Positions 1-8,146 of a DNA stretch of 37,958 bases are shown here, one piece after another. Below the pieces are notes generated by a model. That model was not told where the DNA came from. It saw nothing but the letters and a program-made list of their open reading frames with translations, and searched no databases. A program made the translations under genes and the position numbers. The stretch comes from Thiobacillus sp. UBA6918. Its GTDB lineage: Bacteria; Pseudomonadota; Gammaproteobacteria; Burkholderiales; Thiobacillaceae. The stretch is from NCBI GenBank assembly GCA_002450925.1, contig DKAU01000041.1:6677-44634 (forward strand). The letters are read 5' to 3'. How positions within the stretch are numbered: position 1 is the stretch's first letter; each line of letters opens with the position of its first letter.

Positions 1-363
1 ACTACCGGTACCATTATGGGTTGCTCTCGCTACTTCAAGGAAGTGAACCCGGCTATCCAGATTATTGGAGTGCAGCCGGAAGAGGGGGCACAGATACCCG
101 GTATCCGAAAGTGGCCTGCAGAATACCTTCCCAAGATCTGCGACTTTAACCAGATCGATCGCATGATCTACGTTAGCCAGCAGGCGGCAGAGGAAACTAC
201 ACGCCGTTTGGCGAAGGAAGAGGGCATCTTTGCCGGCATCTCGTCAGGCGGTGCACTTTACGCGGCGCTTCAACTATCGAATGAAGTCGAGAACGCTGTC
301 ATAGTTTCCATTGTCTGCGACCGCGGCGACCGCTATCTTTCAACTGGCGTTTTCCCTGCTTGA
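1..363 (+). CDS. cysM: Cysteine synthase B (O-acetylserine sulfhydrylase), C-terminal part; 5' end lies outside the window
   Basis: Frame is open from base 1 (TTGTIMG...). Contains IPGIRKWP, EEGIFAGISSGGA and C-terminal CDRGDRYLSTGVF, typical of CysM. Confidence 0.92.
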   Translation, partial: TTGTIMGCSRYFKEVNPAIQIIGVQPEEGAQIPGIRKWPAEYLPKICDFNQIDRMIYVSQQAAEETTRRLAKEEGIFAGISSGGALYAALQLSNEVENAVIVSIVCDRGDRYLSTGVFPA

Positions 364-1715
364 TGGCCAAGGCCAAAACCATATATACCTGCACCGAGTG
401 CGGCGGCAGTTCGCCGAAATGGCAGGGTCAGTGCCCGGCCTGCGGCGCATGGAATACCCTGGTTGAAACCATTGCCGAGAAAACCGCGAACAGCCGCTTT
501 CAATCCTTGGCTACCAGCAGTGAGGTCAAATCGCTGGCTGAAGTCGAGGCGGTTGAGGATGAGCGCATTTCCACCGGGATTTCTGAACTGGATCGTGTGC
601 TTGGAGACGGCATTGTTCGTGGCGGAGTCGTCCTGATCGGCGGCGATCCCGGCATAGGAAAATCCACACTCTTGCTACAGGCGCTGGCACATTTGTCAGA
701 ACAACTGCCCACGCTTTACGTAAGCGGCGAGGAATCTGCCCGGCAGGTGGCATTGCGTGCGAAACGCCTCAATCTAAAGGCCCAGGACCTGCCGCTGCTT
801 TCCGAAATCCAGTTGGAAAAAATCCTCGCCGTGCTCGATGACAAGAAACCCCAGGTGGCGGTCATCGATTCGATCCAGACAGTGTACTCAGAAGCCTTGC
901 AGTCAGCCCCTGGGTCGGTGGCTCAGGTACGCGAGTGCGCGGCTCAACTCACCCGCTACGCCAAGCGCAGTGGCACTTGCCTGTTTCTGGTTGGACATGT
1001 CACCAAAGAAGGCGCGCTGGCAGGTCCGCGTGTGCTGGAGCACATGGTAGATACGGTGCTTTATTTTGAGGGTGATACCGGTTCTTCATTCCGCTTGGTG
1101 CGGGCATTCAAGAATCGCTTTGGTGCAGTCAATGAGCTTGGCGTTTTTGCCATGACTGAAACCGGCCTGAAGAATGTGACCAATCCATCCGCACTCTTTC
1201 TTTCTCGACATGGAGAGCCGGTCCCGGGAACGTGCGTGGTGGTGACCCAGGAAGGCTCCCGTCCATTACTGGTGGAAATCCAGGCACTTGTGGACAGTGC
1301 GCAGGGCGCAAATCCCAGGCGACTTTCAGTTGGTCTGGAAAGCAACCGTCTTGCAATGCTTCTGGCAGTTTTGCATCGCCATGCCGGTGTCGCCTGTTTT
1401 GATCAGGATGTATTTATCAATGCCGTGGGTGGCGTAAAAATTGGCGAACCTGCTGCAGACCTGGCTGTACTGGCAGCCATTGTTTCCTCGCTCAAGAGCA
1501 AACCGGTTCGAGAAAAACTGGTGATATTTGGCGAGGTGGGGTTGGCCGGGGAAATTCGACCCGTTCAGCGGGGTCAGGAGCGCTTGAAGGAAGCTGCCAA
1601 GCTGGGCTTTACCCATGCCATTGTGCCTATGGCCAACCAGCCCAAGGCAAAAATTTCCGGTATCGAAGTGATACCAGTCAATCGTATCGACGAAGCACTC
1701 AGCCAGCTTTTTTAG
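363..1715 (+). CDS. radA: DNA repair protein RadA/Sms
   Basis: C4 Zn finger (CTECG...GQCPACG), Walker A GDPGIGKS, KNRFG motif and Lon-like C-terminal domain. ATG at 363 overlaps the cysM stop (TGATG). Confidence 0.97.
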   Translation: MAKAKTIYTCTECGGSSPKWQGQCPACGAWNTLVETIAEKTANSRFQSLATSSEVKSLAEVEAVEDERISTGISELDRVLGDGIVRGGVVLIGGDPGIGKSTLLLQALAHLSEQLPTLYVSGEESARQVALRAKRLNLKAQDLPLLSEIQLEKILAVLDDKKPQVAVIDSIQTVYSEALQSAPGSVAQVRECAAQLTRYAKRSGTCLFLVGHVTKEGALAGPRVLEHMVDTVLYFEGDTGSSFRLVRAFKNRFGAVNELGVFAMTETGLKNVTNPSALFLSRHGEPVPGTCVVVTQEGSRPLLVEIQALVDSAQGANPRRLSVGLESNRLAMLLAVLHRHAGVACFDQDVFINAVGGVKIGEPAADLAVLAAIVSSLKSKPVREKLVIFGEVGLAGEIRPVQRGQERLKEAAKLGFTHAIVPMANQPKAKISGIEVIPVNRIDEALSQLF

Positions 1716-2454
1716 CGCACTCGATAACCTGGCCGTGCACCTCGCGGCCGTCAGGTCCCATCAGCCACACATACCAAGGCATCAGATCAGCTGTTTTTGG
1801 TAACTGCTCTGGCAGTTCGCCCGGGTGTGTCTTGCGACGCAAGGGTGAATTTACCGGACCGGGAATCAGTGTGTTGAATCTGAGGCTTGGTGTTTTCTCG
1901 TATTCTTCGCTGAAAACGGTAGTCAATGTTTCCAGCCCGGATTTGGAAACGGCATACCCGCCCCAATAAGCAGAAGGATGGTGACCGTGGGTCTCGCCGG
2001 TGAAAATGACAGAGGCATCGGGAGAGGCCTGCAAAAGCGGAAGGCAGGCCTTTGTCAGTGCAAAGGGCGCAACCAGGTTAATTTTCAGTAGCTTATTCCA
2101 TTGCTCCAGGGTTTGCAGGTGCAGGGGAGTCAGGCTGTAGAAAGCTGCAGCGCTATGCAGAATACCGTCCAGATGCTTGAGGTGATAGGAAATGGTGCCC
2201 GACAGCCTTTCGAATCCACTTTCGTCCGCTGCATCAAGATCAAAGGGAAACATCGCAGGCTCAGGCCCGCCAGAGGCTGCAATCTCGTCATACACTGCTT
2301 CAAGTTTTTTCTCATTACGGCCCAGCAGGGCCACAGTCGCGCCATGTCTTGCATAGGTTATGGCTGCTTCGCGCCCGAGACCGGATCCGGCTCCGGTAAC
2401 CAGAATGACACGCCCATGAAGGCAATCGGGAGAGGCTTGGGATGGTTGATTCAT
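1699..2454 (-). CDS. YciK-like short-chain dehydrogenase/reductase
   Basis: TGAGSGLG nucleotide-binding motif, YWGGYAVSK (YxxxK) and R..THPGE. Start placed at ATG 2454, an ATGA overlap with the hpnE stop. Confidence 0.85.
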   Translation of the reverse strand: MNQPSQASPDCLHGRVILVTGAGSGLGREAAITYARHGATVALLGRNEKKLEAVYDEIAASGGPEPAMFPFDLDAADESGFERLSGTISYHLKHLDGILHSAAAFYSLTPLHLQTLEQWNKLLKINLVAPFALTKACLPLLQASPDASVIFTGETHGHHPSAYWGGYAVSKSGLETLTTVFSEEYEKTPSLRFNTLIPGPVNSPLRRKTHPGELPEQLPKTADLMPWYVWLMGPDGREVHGQVIECAKKAG

Positions 2455-3755
2455 GATGATTGAAGCAAGGTTTTTGCGCATTGTACGCCGCTGCGTACCG
2501 CGCCTTCGAGTGTAGAGGGATAAGGGCCGGCTGTGTAGTCACCGGCGATGAAGAGTCCGTCACGCGGCGTGGTGTTATCCGGGCGGTAAAGGCCGGGAGT
2601 GCAGGAGAAAGTTGCGCGTTTTTCGGTCACGCGCTTCAAGATTCGGACTGGAGGAAGCTGGCCAAAGGCCTGACGCATGCGCCTGTTGATTTCATCCATC
2701 CAGCGCGCGTCATCCCAATCGAGATGTTCGCCCTCTGCGCTGGCCACCACGGCGACGGTACAAGTGCCATCTTCGCCAATATCCGGCCTGCAGGTGTCAA
2801 GATCGAAAACAAATAACGGCACAGGGTCAACCCAGCCAAGCAGGGGTGTCTTGAACCAGAGTGGTTCAAGATAGCTTGCATACACGGTGGCAATGGGTTG
2901 GTATTCCAGGGCGCCAAGTTTTACTGCAATTTCTCGGCAGCCCACCAGTTGCTCCAGCAATGGAATGGCGTGAACAGGTGCTGTTGCAATGATGACCTTG
3001 TCATGGGTGACCTCGCCGTCCTCAAGAATGAGTTTCCATTTCTTGCCGGTGTTCTGAAGCGAGGTAACCCTTGTCCTCGTTCTTGTCCTGCTACCGTTTT
3101 CAGTCAGCCAGTCGGCGGCAGGTTCGGGAAACAGGGCAGAAAGATCGCGAGTGGGAATAAGAAAATCACTGTTGCCCGCGCTTCCTGTAAGCGAATCTTT
3201 CAGGACACGTGCAAAAACGGAAAATGATGCCTTCTCAACGGGAGTATTCAGGGCAGCCACGCATATGGGTTCCCACAGGTAGCGGCGTATGGCAACTGGC
3301 TGGTTTGCCAGGGCCTCGGCTACGGTGAGCGAGTTGTCAGGCATGAAGTTAATTTTCTTCAGTGACCTCATGAAACGAATGGCAGCCAGCTTGTCATCAA
3401 ACGATATACCTTGTGCAAACAACAGCGCTGCAGCCAGATGGAAGGGTGCAGGCAGTCGTGGCGCGCGAATTGAAACGCCCTCAGGGTATTCGAGCGTAAG
3501 CGGCAACCGTTTGAACCCGCTTCGGCTGCTACCGGGCTCGACAAGCTCCATAAGGCGCAGAGTTTCCCTGTAAGCGCCAACCAGGAGATGTTGTCCGTTG
3601 TCCAGTAGAGGCGGTGCTGCGGTTATGCAGCGGGCGCGCCCGCCAAGCAGTTTCCCAGCTTCGTATACTGTGACCTCATGTCCGGCCAGGGTCAGTTCTA
3701 CAGCAGCAGCAAGGCCTGACCAGCCACCGCCGATGATCCCGATGCTTTGTTTCAT
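2451..3755 (-). CDS. hpnE: Hydroxysqualene dehydroxylase HpnE (FAD-dependent)
   Basis: GGGWSG FAD motif, LDNGQHLLVGAY, EKRATF and GDYT..YPSTLEGAVRSG. Follows hpnD with an ATGA overlap at 3752-3755. Confidence 0.9.
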   Translation of the reverse strand: MKQSIGIIGGGWSGLAAAVELTLAGHEVTVYEAGKLLGGRARCITAAPPLLDNGQHLLVGAYRETLRLMELVEPGSSRSGFKRLPLTLEYPEGVSIRAPRLPAPFHLAAALLFAQGISFDDKLAAIRFMRSLKKINFMPDNSLTVAEALANQPVAIRRYLWEPICVAALNTPVEKASFSVFARVLKDSLTGSAGNSDFLIPTRDLSALFPEPAADWLTENGSRTRTRTRVTSLQNTGKKWKLILEDGEVTHDKVIIATAPVHAIPLLEQLVGCREIAVKLGALEYQPIATVYASYLEPLWFKTPLLGWVDPVPLFVFDLDTCRPDIGEDGTCTVAVVASAEGEHLDWDDARWMDEINRRMRQAFGQLPPVRILKRVTEKRATFSCTPGLYRPDNTTPRDGLFIAGDYTAGPYPSTLEGAVRSGVQCAKTLLQSS

Positions 3756-4585
3756 GCAAAAGTCATGGTTTTCCATGCCAGCCAGAGTTTCCTCAGCGGC
3801 GACAAGGAGGTTCTTTTATCAAGCACGTGGAAACCATCGTTGCGTATTTCTTCCAGAATGGCGCGGTAAATAGCGGCCATGGCCAGCCCGGCACGCTGCG
3901 ATTTCCGGTCTTCTGAAGGCAGCAAGGAGAGAGCACGATCGTAGGCTTGCGTTGCTCTCTCATATTGAAACCGCATCAATGACTCAAATTCATCTGTGTG
4001 TTTTCGGTTCAAGAGGTCGGCCGGTTTTACATTGAACTGTTCCAGTTCATCGACCGGAAGGTAGATGCGACCACGCCCGGCATCCTCGCCAACGTCACGA
4101 ATGATGTTGGTGAGCTGGAATGCCAGTCCAAGTTCGTGCGCATATTTGAGTGTTTGACGATTCTGGTATCCAAAGATTTCGGCGGCAACCTGTCCAACCA
4201 CTCCAGCAGCACGATGGCAGTACAGGAGAAGGGTCTTGTAATCATCATAGCGCTGCTGGTCGAGATCCATTTCCATACCGTCGACGATTTCCTCCAGCCA
4301 TTCCAGAGGGATATTGCGCTCGTGCACACTGGCGTGAAGGGCCTGTGTGACGGGATGTTCCGGATGGCCTTCATACATGCGGACAATTTCGCTCCGCCAC
4401 CAGGCCAGCTTGATGCGGGCGATATTCGAGTCGCTGCACTCATCCACGACGTCGTCCAGTTCACGGCACAATGCGTAAAAGGCGGTGATGCCATCGCGAA
4501 CCTTAGGCTTCAATGCCCTGAAACTGTAATAAAAACTTGAACCGCTGGCGGCGGCTTTGTCCTGGCAGTATTGGTTTGGCGTCAT
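3752..4585 (-). CDS. hpnD: Presqualene diphosphate synthase HpnD
   Basis: SGSSFYYSF, DDVVD, YCHRAAGVVG and QLTNIIRDVGED motifs. Confidence 0.93.
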   Translation of the reverse strand: MTPNQYCQDKAAASGSSFYYSFRALKPKVRDGITAFYALCRELDDVVDECSDSNIARIKLAWWRSEIVRMYEGHPEHPVTQALHASVHERNIPLEWLEEIVDGMEMDLDQQRYDDYKTLLLYCHRAAGVVGQVAAEIFGYQNRQTLKYAHELGLAFQLTNIIRDVGEDAGRGRIYLPVDELEQFNVKPADLLNRKHTDEFESLMRFQYERATQAYDRALSLLPSEDRKSQRAGLAMAAIYRAILEEIRNDGFHVLDKRTSLSPLRKLWLAWKTMTFA

Positions 4586-4587
4586 GG

Positions 4588-5484
4588 TTATTTTTTCAGC
4601 AAGGCACGCAGGATGATAACAGTCCAGTCATAAACATTGAGCTTAATCCTGCGTTCAAGTGGTCCCATGGGGTTGTTGTGCAGCTTCATCAGTATCCGGT
4701 CGCCTCCGGCAATGATCATGCGTGTCTCTAACCCGATACGACCTTTCAGGACGAGTCCCAAAGGCGCACTGGCCTGAAGCATCTTGTGTACCCTTTTGAT
4801 CTGGCCCAGCATGAATCCGCGCCAGCGGTCTTCATTGCTGGAAACCACAGATACAACAGGGATGCCGCCAAATGACGTAGGGAATGCAGTGTCTGCGTCA
4901 GACGACAAAGGGGCCAAGCCACACATCATGCCTAATCTGGAGTCGGAAAGACCTGCGCCAACGAGTTCATCCTGGGGAAAATAAACGCGGTTCTTGCGCA
5001 AATCGATTTCCACGTCCTGTAGAAAATTGATCAGTTGAAGGCTGGAGCACAAGCCGTCGGAATAGGCCAGGTGGCGGGGATCTTCGTCCTCGAACAGGGC
5101 CATCAGCAGTCGTCCGACAGGGTTGGCAGAACGGCGGCAATAATCCATGACCTCGCCGAAGTTTGCATAACGACTCTTGGTTACGTCCTGGCGGAAAGCT
5201 GACAGCAGATCGCGAAAGGGCTGTATTGGCAAATTGTGCTTGCGAATGACGTCTGTCAGCTCGGCAAACAGCCTGCCTTCAGCGGGTTTTCCCTGTTCAA
5301 TCCTGTCCAGTTGGGTTTCAAAAGCATCAAGCGAGGCAATGCGTTCTGATGGTGGTGCTTCTCCCTCATCCGCAAAATCATCCGCCGCACGGGCGAATGC
5401 GTAAATGACTTCTACGGGGTGACGCAGGTGCCTGGGCAGGACAAAAGACGCGACGGGGAAGTTTTCGTAGTGGTCTACCGGCAC
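4588..5484 (-). CDS. hpnC: Hydroxysqualene synthase HpnC
   Basis: GTG start. HYENFPVAS, FARAADDFADEG, YCRRSANPVGRL and LQLINFLQD motifs. Confidence 0.93.
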   Translation of the reverse strand: MPVDHYENFPVASFVLPRHLRHPVEVIYAFARAADDFADEGEAPPSERIASLDAFETQLDRIEQGKPAEGRLFAELTDVIRKHNLPIQPFRDLLSAFRQDVTKSRYANFGEVMDYCRRSANPVGRLLMALFEDEDPRHLAYSDGLCSSLQLINFLQDVEIDLRKNRVYFPQDELVGAGLSDSRLGMMCGLAPLSSDADTAFPTSFGGIPVVSVVSSNEDRWRGFMLGQIKRVHKMLQASAPLGLVLKGRIGLETRMIIAGGDRILMKLHNNPMGPLERRIKLNVYDWTVIILRALLKK

Positions 5485-5614
5485 GAATCAAAATGAAAAA
5501 GGATGGCAAGAAAAGTGGCTTTTGGCGCACGAAGCGGCTGACATCAAGGGCTTGATTATATTACTATTGCGAGCCCGGAAGGATTCAGGACGAAGTCCTT
5601 GTCCCTGTCAGCGG

Positions 5615-5699
5615 GCGGATGTGGCGAAATTGGTAGACGCACCAGATTTAGGTTCTGGCGGGGCAACCCGTGAAGGTTCGAGTCCTTTCATCCGCACCA
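5615..5699 (+). tRNA. tRNA-Leu (anticodon TAG)
   Basis: Acceptor stem GCGGATG/CATCCGC followed by ACCA. D-loop AATTGGTAGAC, anticodon arm CCAGA-TTTAGGT-TCTGG, long variable arm and T-loop GGTTCGAGTCC. Length 85 nt. Confidence 0.96.
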
Positions 5700-5716
5700 G
5701 TCATCCTGGCGTACTG

Positions 5717-6466
5717 CTAGGTTCCCCAAATCATGGGGCCATTAGGCTCCGAAGCAAACTGCACGGTGTTATGCCCAATTGATTTGGCGTGTTGAAGCGC
5801 CCGGTCTGCCTTTGTGCAGAGTTTGCTGATGCTATCCGCATCGTTTGGATAGACGGCCACTCCGATACTGAAAGTGATGTTTTCTGCCGTGGTGCCGCTG
5901 AAAATTCGGCGGGCAGATTTGGATAACTTGTCAGCTACTTTCTGCGCGGCATCCATGGTCAACAGATCCGGAATCAGAACGACGAGTTCCTCTTCCTTCC
6001 AGCGCGCAACAGTATCGGTTGGGCGCAAACTGCCAATAAGTGTTTTTGCCACGGCCATCAGGACCTTGTCGCCATTGTCATGTCCACGCAGACTGCTTAT
6101 CAGGTGCAGGTTGTCCACGCTGACACAAAACACGGCAAATCCCGTTCCGCTTCGATCGGCACGTGCCTTGTCATAGGCCATACGGTTCTCGATCAAGATG
6201 CGGTTTGGCCGCTCGATCAACTCGTCGTGGGTGATTTCAAAGGAATCAATGTCGGCGTTCTCGATATTGCGCCGATCATTCGTATCCATGACACGGCGGG
6301 ATTTTTCGCCTGTCTTGAGGAACTGGACGATTTCAGCCCCGCTTAGGCCGATGAAGAAAAGTATCGAAAGGCCAAACCATAACTCGGCCAGCGAAGGCGC
6401 AAAAAAGAAACCTGCCGAGATCAGTAAAACCAGAATGCCAGCAAATACCCTAATCCCGGGTTCCAT
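5717..6466 (-). CDS. Membrane-anchored GGDEF-domain protein with a degenerate active site
   Basis: Two N-terminal hydrophobic helices. GGDEF-fold motifs GHDNGDKVL, TFSIGVAVYP and ADRAL..AK..G.N are present, but the signature reads KEEEL. The start could instead be 6496. Confidence 0.8.
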   Translation of the reverse strand: MEPGIRVFAGILVLLISAGFFFAPSLAELWFGLSILFFIGLSGAEIVQFLKTGEKSRRVMDTNDRRNIENADIDSFEITHDELIERPNRILIENRMAYDKARADRSGTGFAVFCVSVDNLHLISSLRGHDNGDKVLMAVAKTLIGSLRPTDTVARWKEEELVVLIPDLLTMDAAQKVADKLSKSARRIFSGTTAENITFSIGVAVYPNDADSISKLCTKADRALQHAKSIGHNTVQFASEPNGPMIWGT

Positions 6467-6806
6467 ATGGTTTGTTTGACGGCCAGATGAGTTCATTTGT
6501 GCATGCAGGTATCTGTTTGGCTGGAAGATTAAAACTTATACGTATCAACCCTTATCGGATTAACTGGCGTTTTTTGAAGGGATTTGGGCGGCAGATTGTG
6601 AAAATATTTGACCCTGCCCAGGCAGGGGGGTGTCGCCTGCAAACCTCAGTCCTGTGAAAGGGAAGACAAGGTTTGACTAAAAACGGCGTTCTCTGGATGT
6701 AAGGCTGTCGTAAGCCGTGCTGAATACGATTCTGGATATTGTAATGGCCATGTTGAACTCTCAATGCAGAATAAACGTGGCGTTTGATTCATCCGGGCCG
6801 TAATTA

Positions 6807-7601
6807 ATGAAGTTTCTTGTCGTATTAGCGCTTGTGCTGAGCTCAAAGCTTGCGTTGGCAATTTGCCCCCCGCATCCACTCACAGACCCGGACAAGGTTG
6901 CGCTTAGTGGCGACACGGTCCTGCTTGTGACCCATGCCAGCATGTTTTATGACGCGCGCCTTTCTTCAAAACGAGGCATAGACGAAGCCGTCAAGTTGGC
7001 AAAGGCCAGCAAAATACCCGTTGTCTATCTTCAGGATCGCAGTCCGGAACAAGACTATTTCATGGACGACTGCTCACCGGATTATTGGGTTTATTCAGAA
7101 AACGGAGAACTCAAATTCGATGTCAAGCCATCGCAGGTATACATCGTGGGAGGACATCTTGAAAAATGCATGTACACCACAGTGAAGGATTTGCTGACAT
7201 CATGGGCAAAACAGCCTTCAAGAAACCTGACATTGACCTATTTCATGGATGGAATTTACTCAAATGGCGAAATGGTGCGAAAGACCGACCCGTACTACGC
7301 GGATTTTGAGACTTTCATGCGTGCTGCCACTCGAGGACGCCCGGGTGGAGAATACTGGCCAAAACTCAACCTTCTGGAAACAATGGGGATCATCAACAAG
7401 GAAGAACACGAACTCGAATTCCTGGTTGATGCTGTACCGGAATTTGAAAAAATCATGCCCCAAAGCTACCGTGTCGAACTGCAAATGAACAATTCCGTCG
7501 TCAAGGTATTGCAGTCCGCTCCAGGATGGCACCCGCCCACCTTGAGATTCCGATTTGTGGATTCCGCCTTGAAAATGGTCAGCCCAAGGGCCTTGAAATA
7601 A
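6807..7601 (+). CDS. Secreted hypothetical protein, possibly with a cysteine hydrolase (isochorismatase-like) fold
   Basis: Sec signal peptide (MKFLVVLALVLSSKLALA). AKASKIPVVYLQD and VYIVGGHLEKCMYTTVKD resemble isochorismatase-family segments. The ORF itself is well supported, but the fold is inference. Confidence 0.6.
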   Translation: MKFLVVLALVLSSKLALAICPPHPLTDPDKVALSGDTVLLVTHASMFYDARLSSKRGIDEAVKLAKASKIPVVYLQDRSPEQDYFMDDCSPDYWVYSENGELKFDVKPSQVYIVGGHLEKCMYTTVKDLLTSWAKQPSRNLTLTYFMDGIYSNGEMVRKTDPYYADFETFMRAATRGRPGGEYWPKLNLLETMGIINKEEHELEFLVDAVPEFEKIMPQSYRVELQMNNSVVKVLQSAPGWHPPTLRFRFVDSALKMVSPRALK

Positions 7602-7739
7602 GGTCAACAGATTTCACTAGATTCAACTGGTGGCAGAAATCGACCTATAACTTCCATTTGCATGGCACACGCTGTTGTCTTTAAGCAGAACTAATCCAGA
7701 CTTCTTCGTTGACGCCAGAAACGCTCGAAACGCGACTGG

Positions 7740-8015
7740 CTACTTCATGTATGAGCGCATAACGCGAAGGACCTGCTCTAAGTCCTCCTCACGTTGATTC
7801 GTATTTTTGACGTGCGGTCCGAGGTGGTCCCGCATGTGGCCTTCCAAGACCTCAAGCATCAATCCATTGATCGCGCCGCGAATCGCCGTGATTTGCTGCA
7901 ATATCGCATTGCATTCAACTTCCTGATCTAACGCCCTCTCCAAGGCTTCGGCCTGACCCTTGATGCGCCGTGCCCTGATCAGCAACGCCTTCTTGTCCTT
8001 TATTGTGTGCGCCAT
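7740..8015 (-). CDS. dmeR: CsoR/RcnR/FrmR-family metal-sensing repressor (DmeR-like)
   Basis: MAHT N-terminus with the RcnR-type His near the start, RARRIKGQ, Cys in ECNAILQQI, and H-x3-H (GHMRDH). Start at ATG 8015 with GAGGA upstream. Confidence 0.85.
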   Translation of the reverse strand: MAHTIKDKKALLIRARRIKGQAEALERALDQEVECNAILQQITAIRGAINGLMLEVLEGHMRDHLGPHVKNTNQREEDLEQVLRVMRSYMK

Positions 8016-8040
8016 TTCATCCTCAACGAATACTTTCCAA

Positions 8041-8059
8041 TATACTGGGGTGGAGTATA
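8041..8059. promoter_or_regulatory. RcnR/DmeR-type operator palindrome TATACT-GGGGTGG-AGTATA
   Basis: Perfect 6-bp inverted repeat around a G-rich spacer, between the divergent repressor and dmeF. It resembles the E. coli RcnR site TACT-G6-N-AGTA. Confidence 0.8.
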
Positions 8060-8146
8060 CTTTCGGCTGTCGATTTAACAACCCCCTGGTCGTTTCGGAC
8101 GCGCGCCTGCCAATCTGCCGGACACCAAACATGCTCAGGAATAAAC

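Noticed and set aside
1699-1715. 17-bp convergent overlap of radA and the SDR gene
   Set aside because: Short tail-to-tail overlaps are common.
5522-5782. 86-aa ORF
   Set aside because: It overlaps tRNA-Leu and is a shadow translation.
6600-6680. Possible c-di-GMP-I (GEMM) riboswitch next to the GGDEF gene
   Set aside because: GCAAACCTCAGTCCT faintly recalls one GEMM stem, but the GGCAAACC..GAAA..GGGAC part is missing and it reads away from the GGDEF gene. Kept only as unexplained hairpins.
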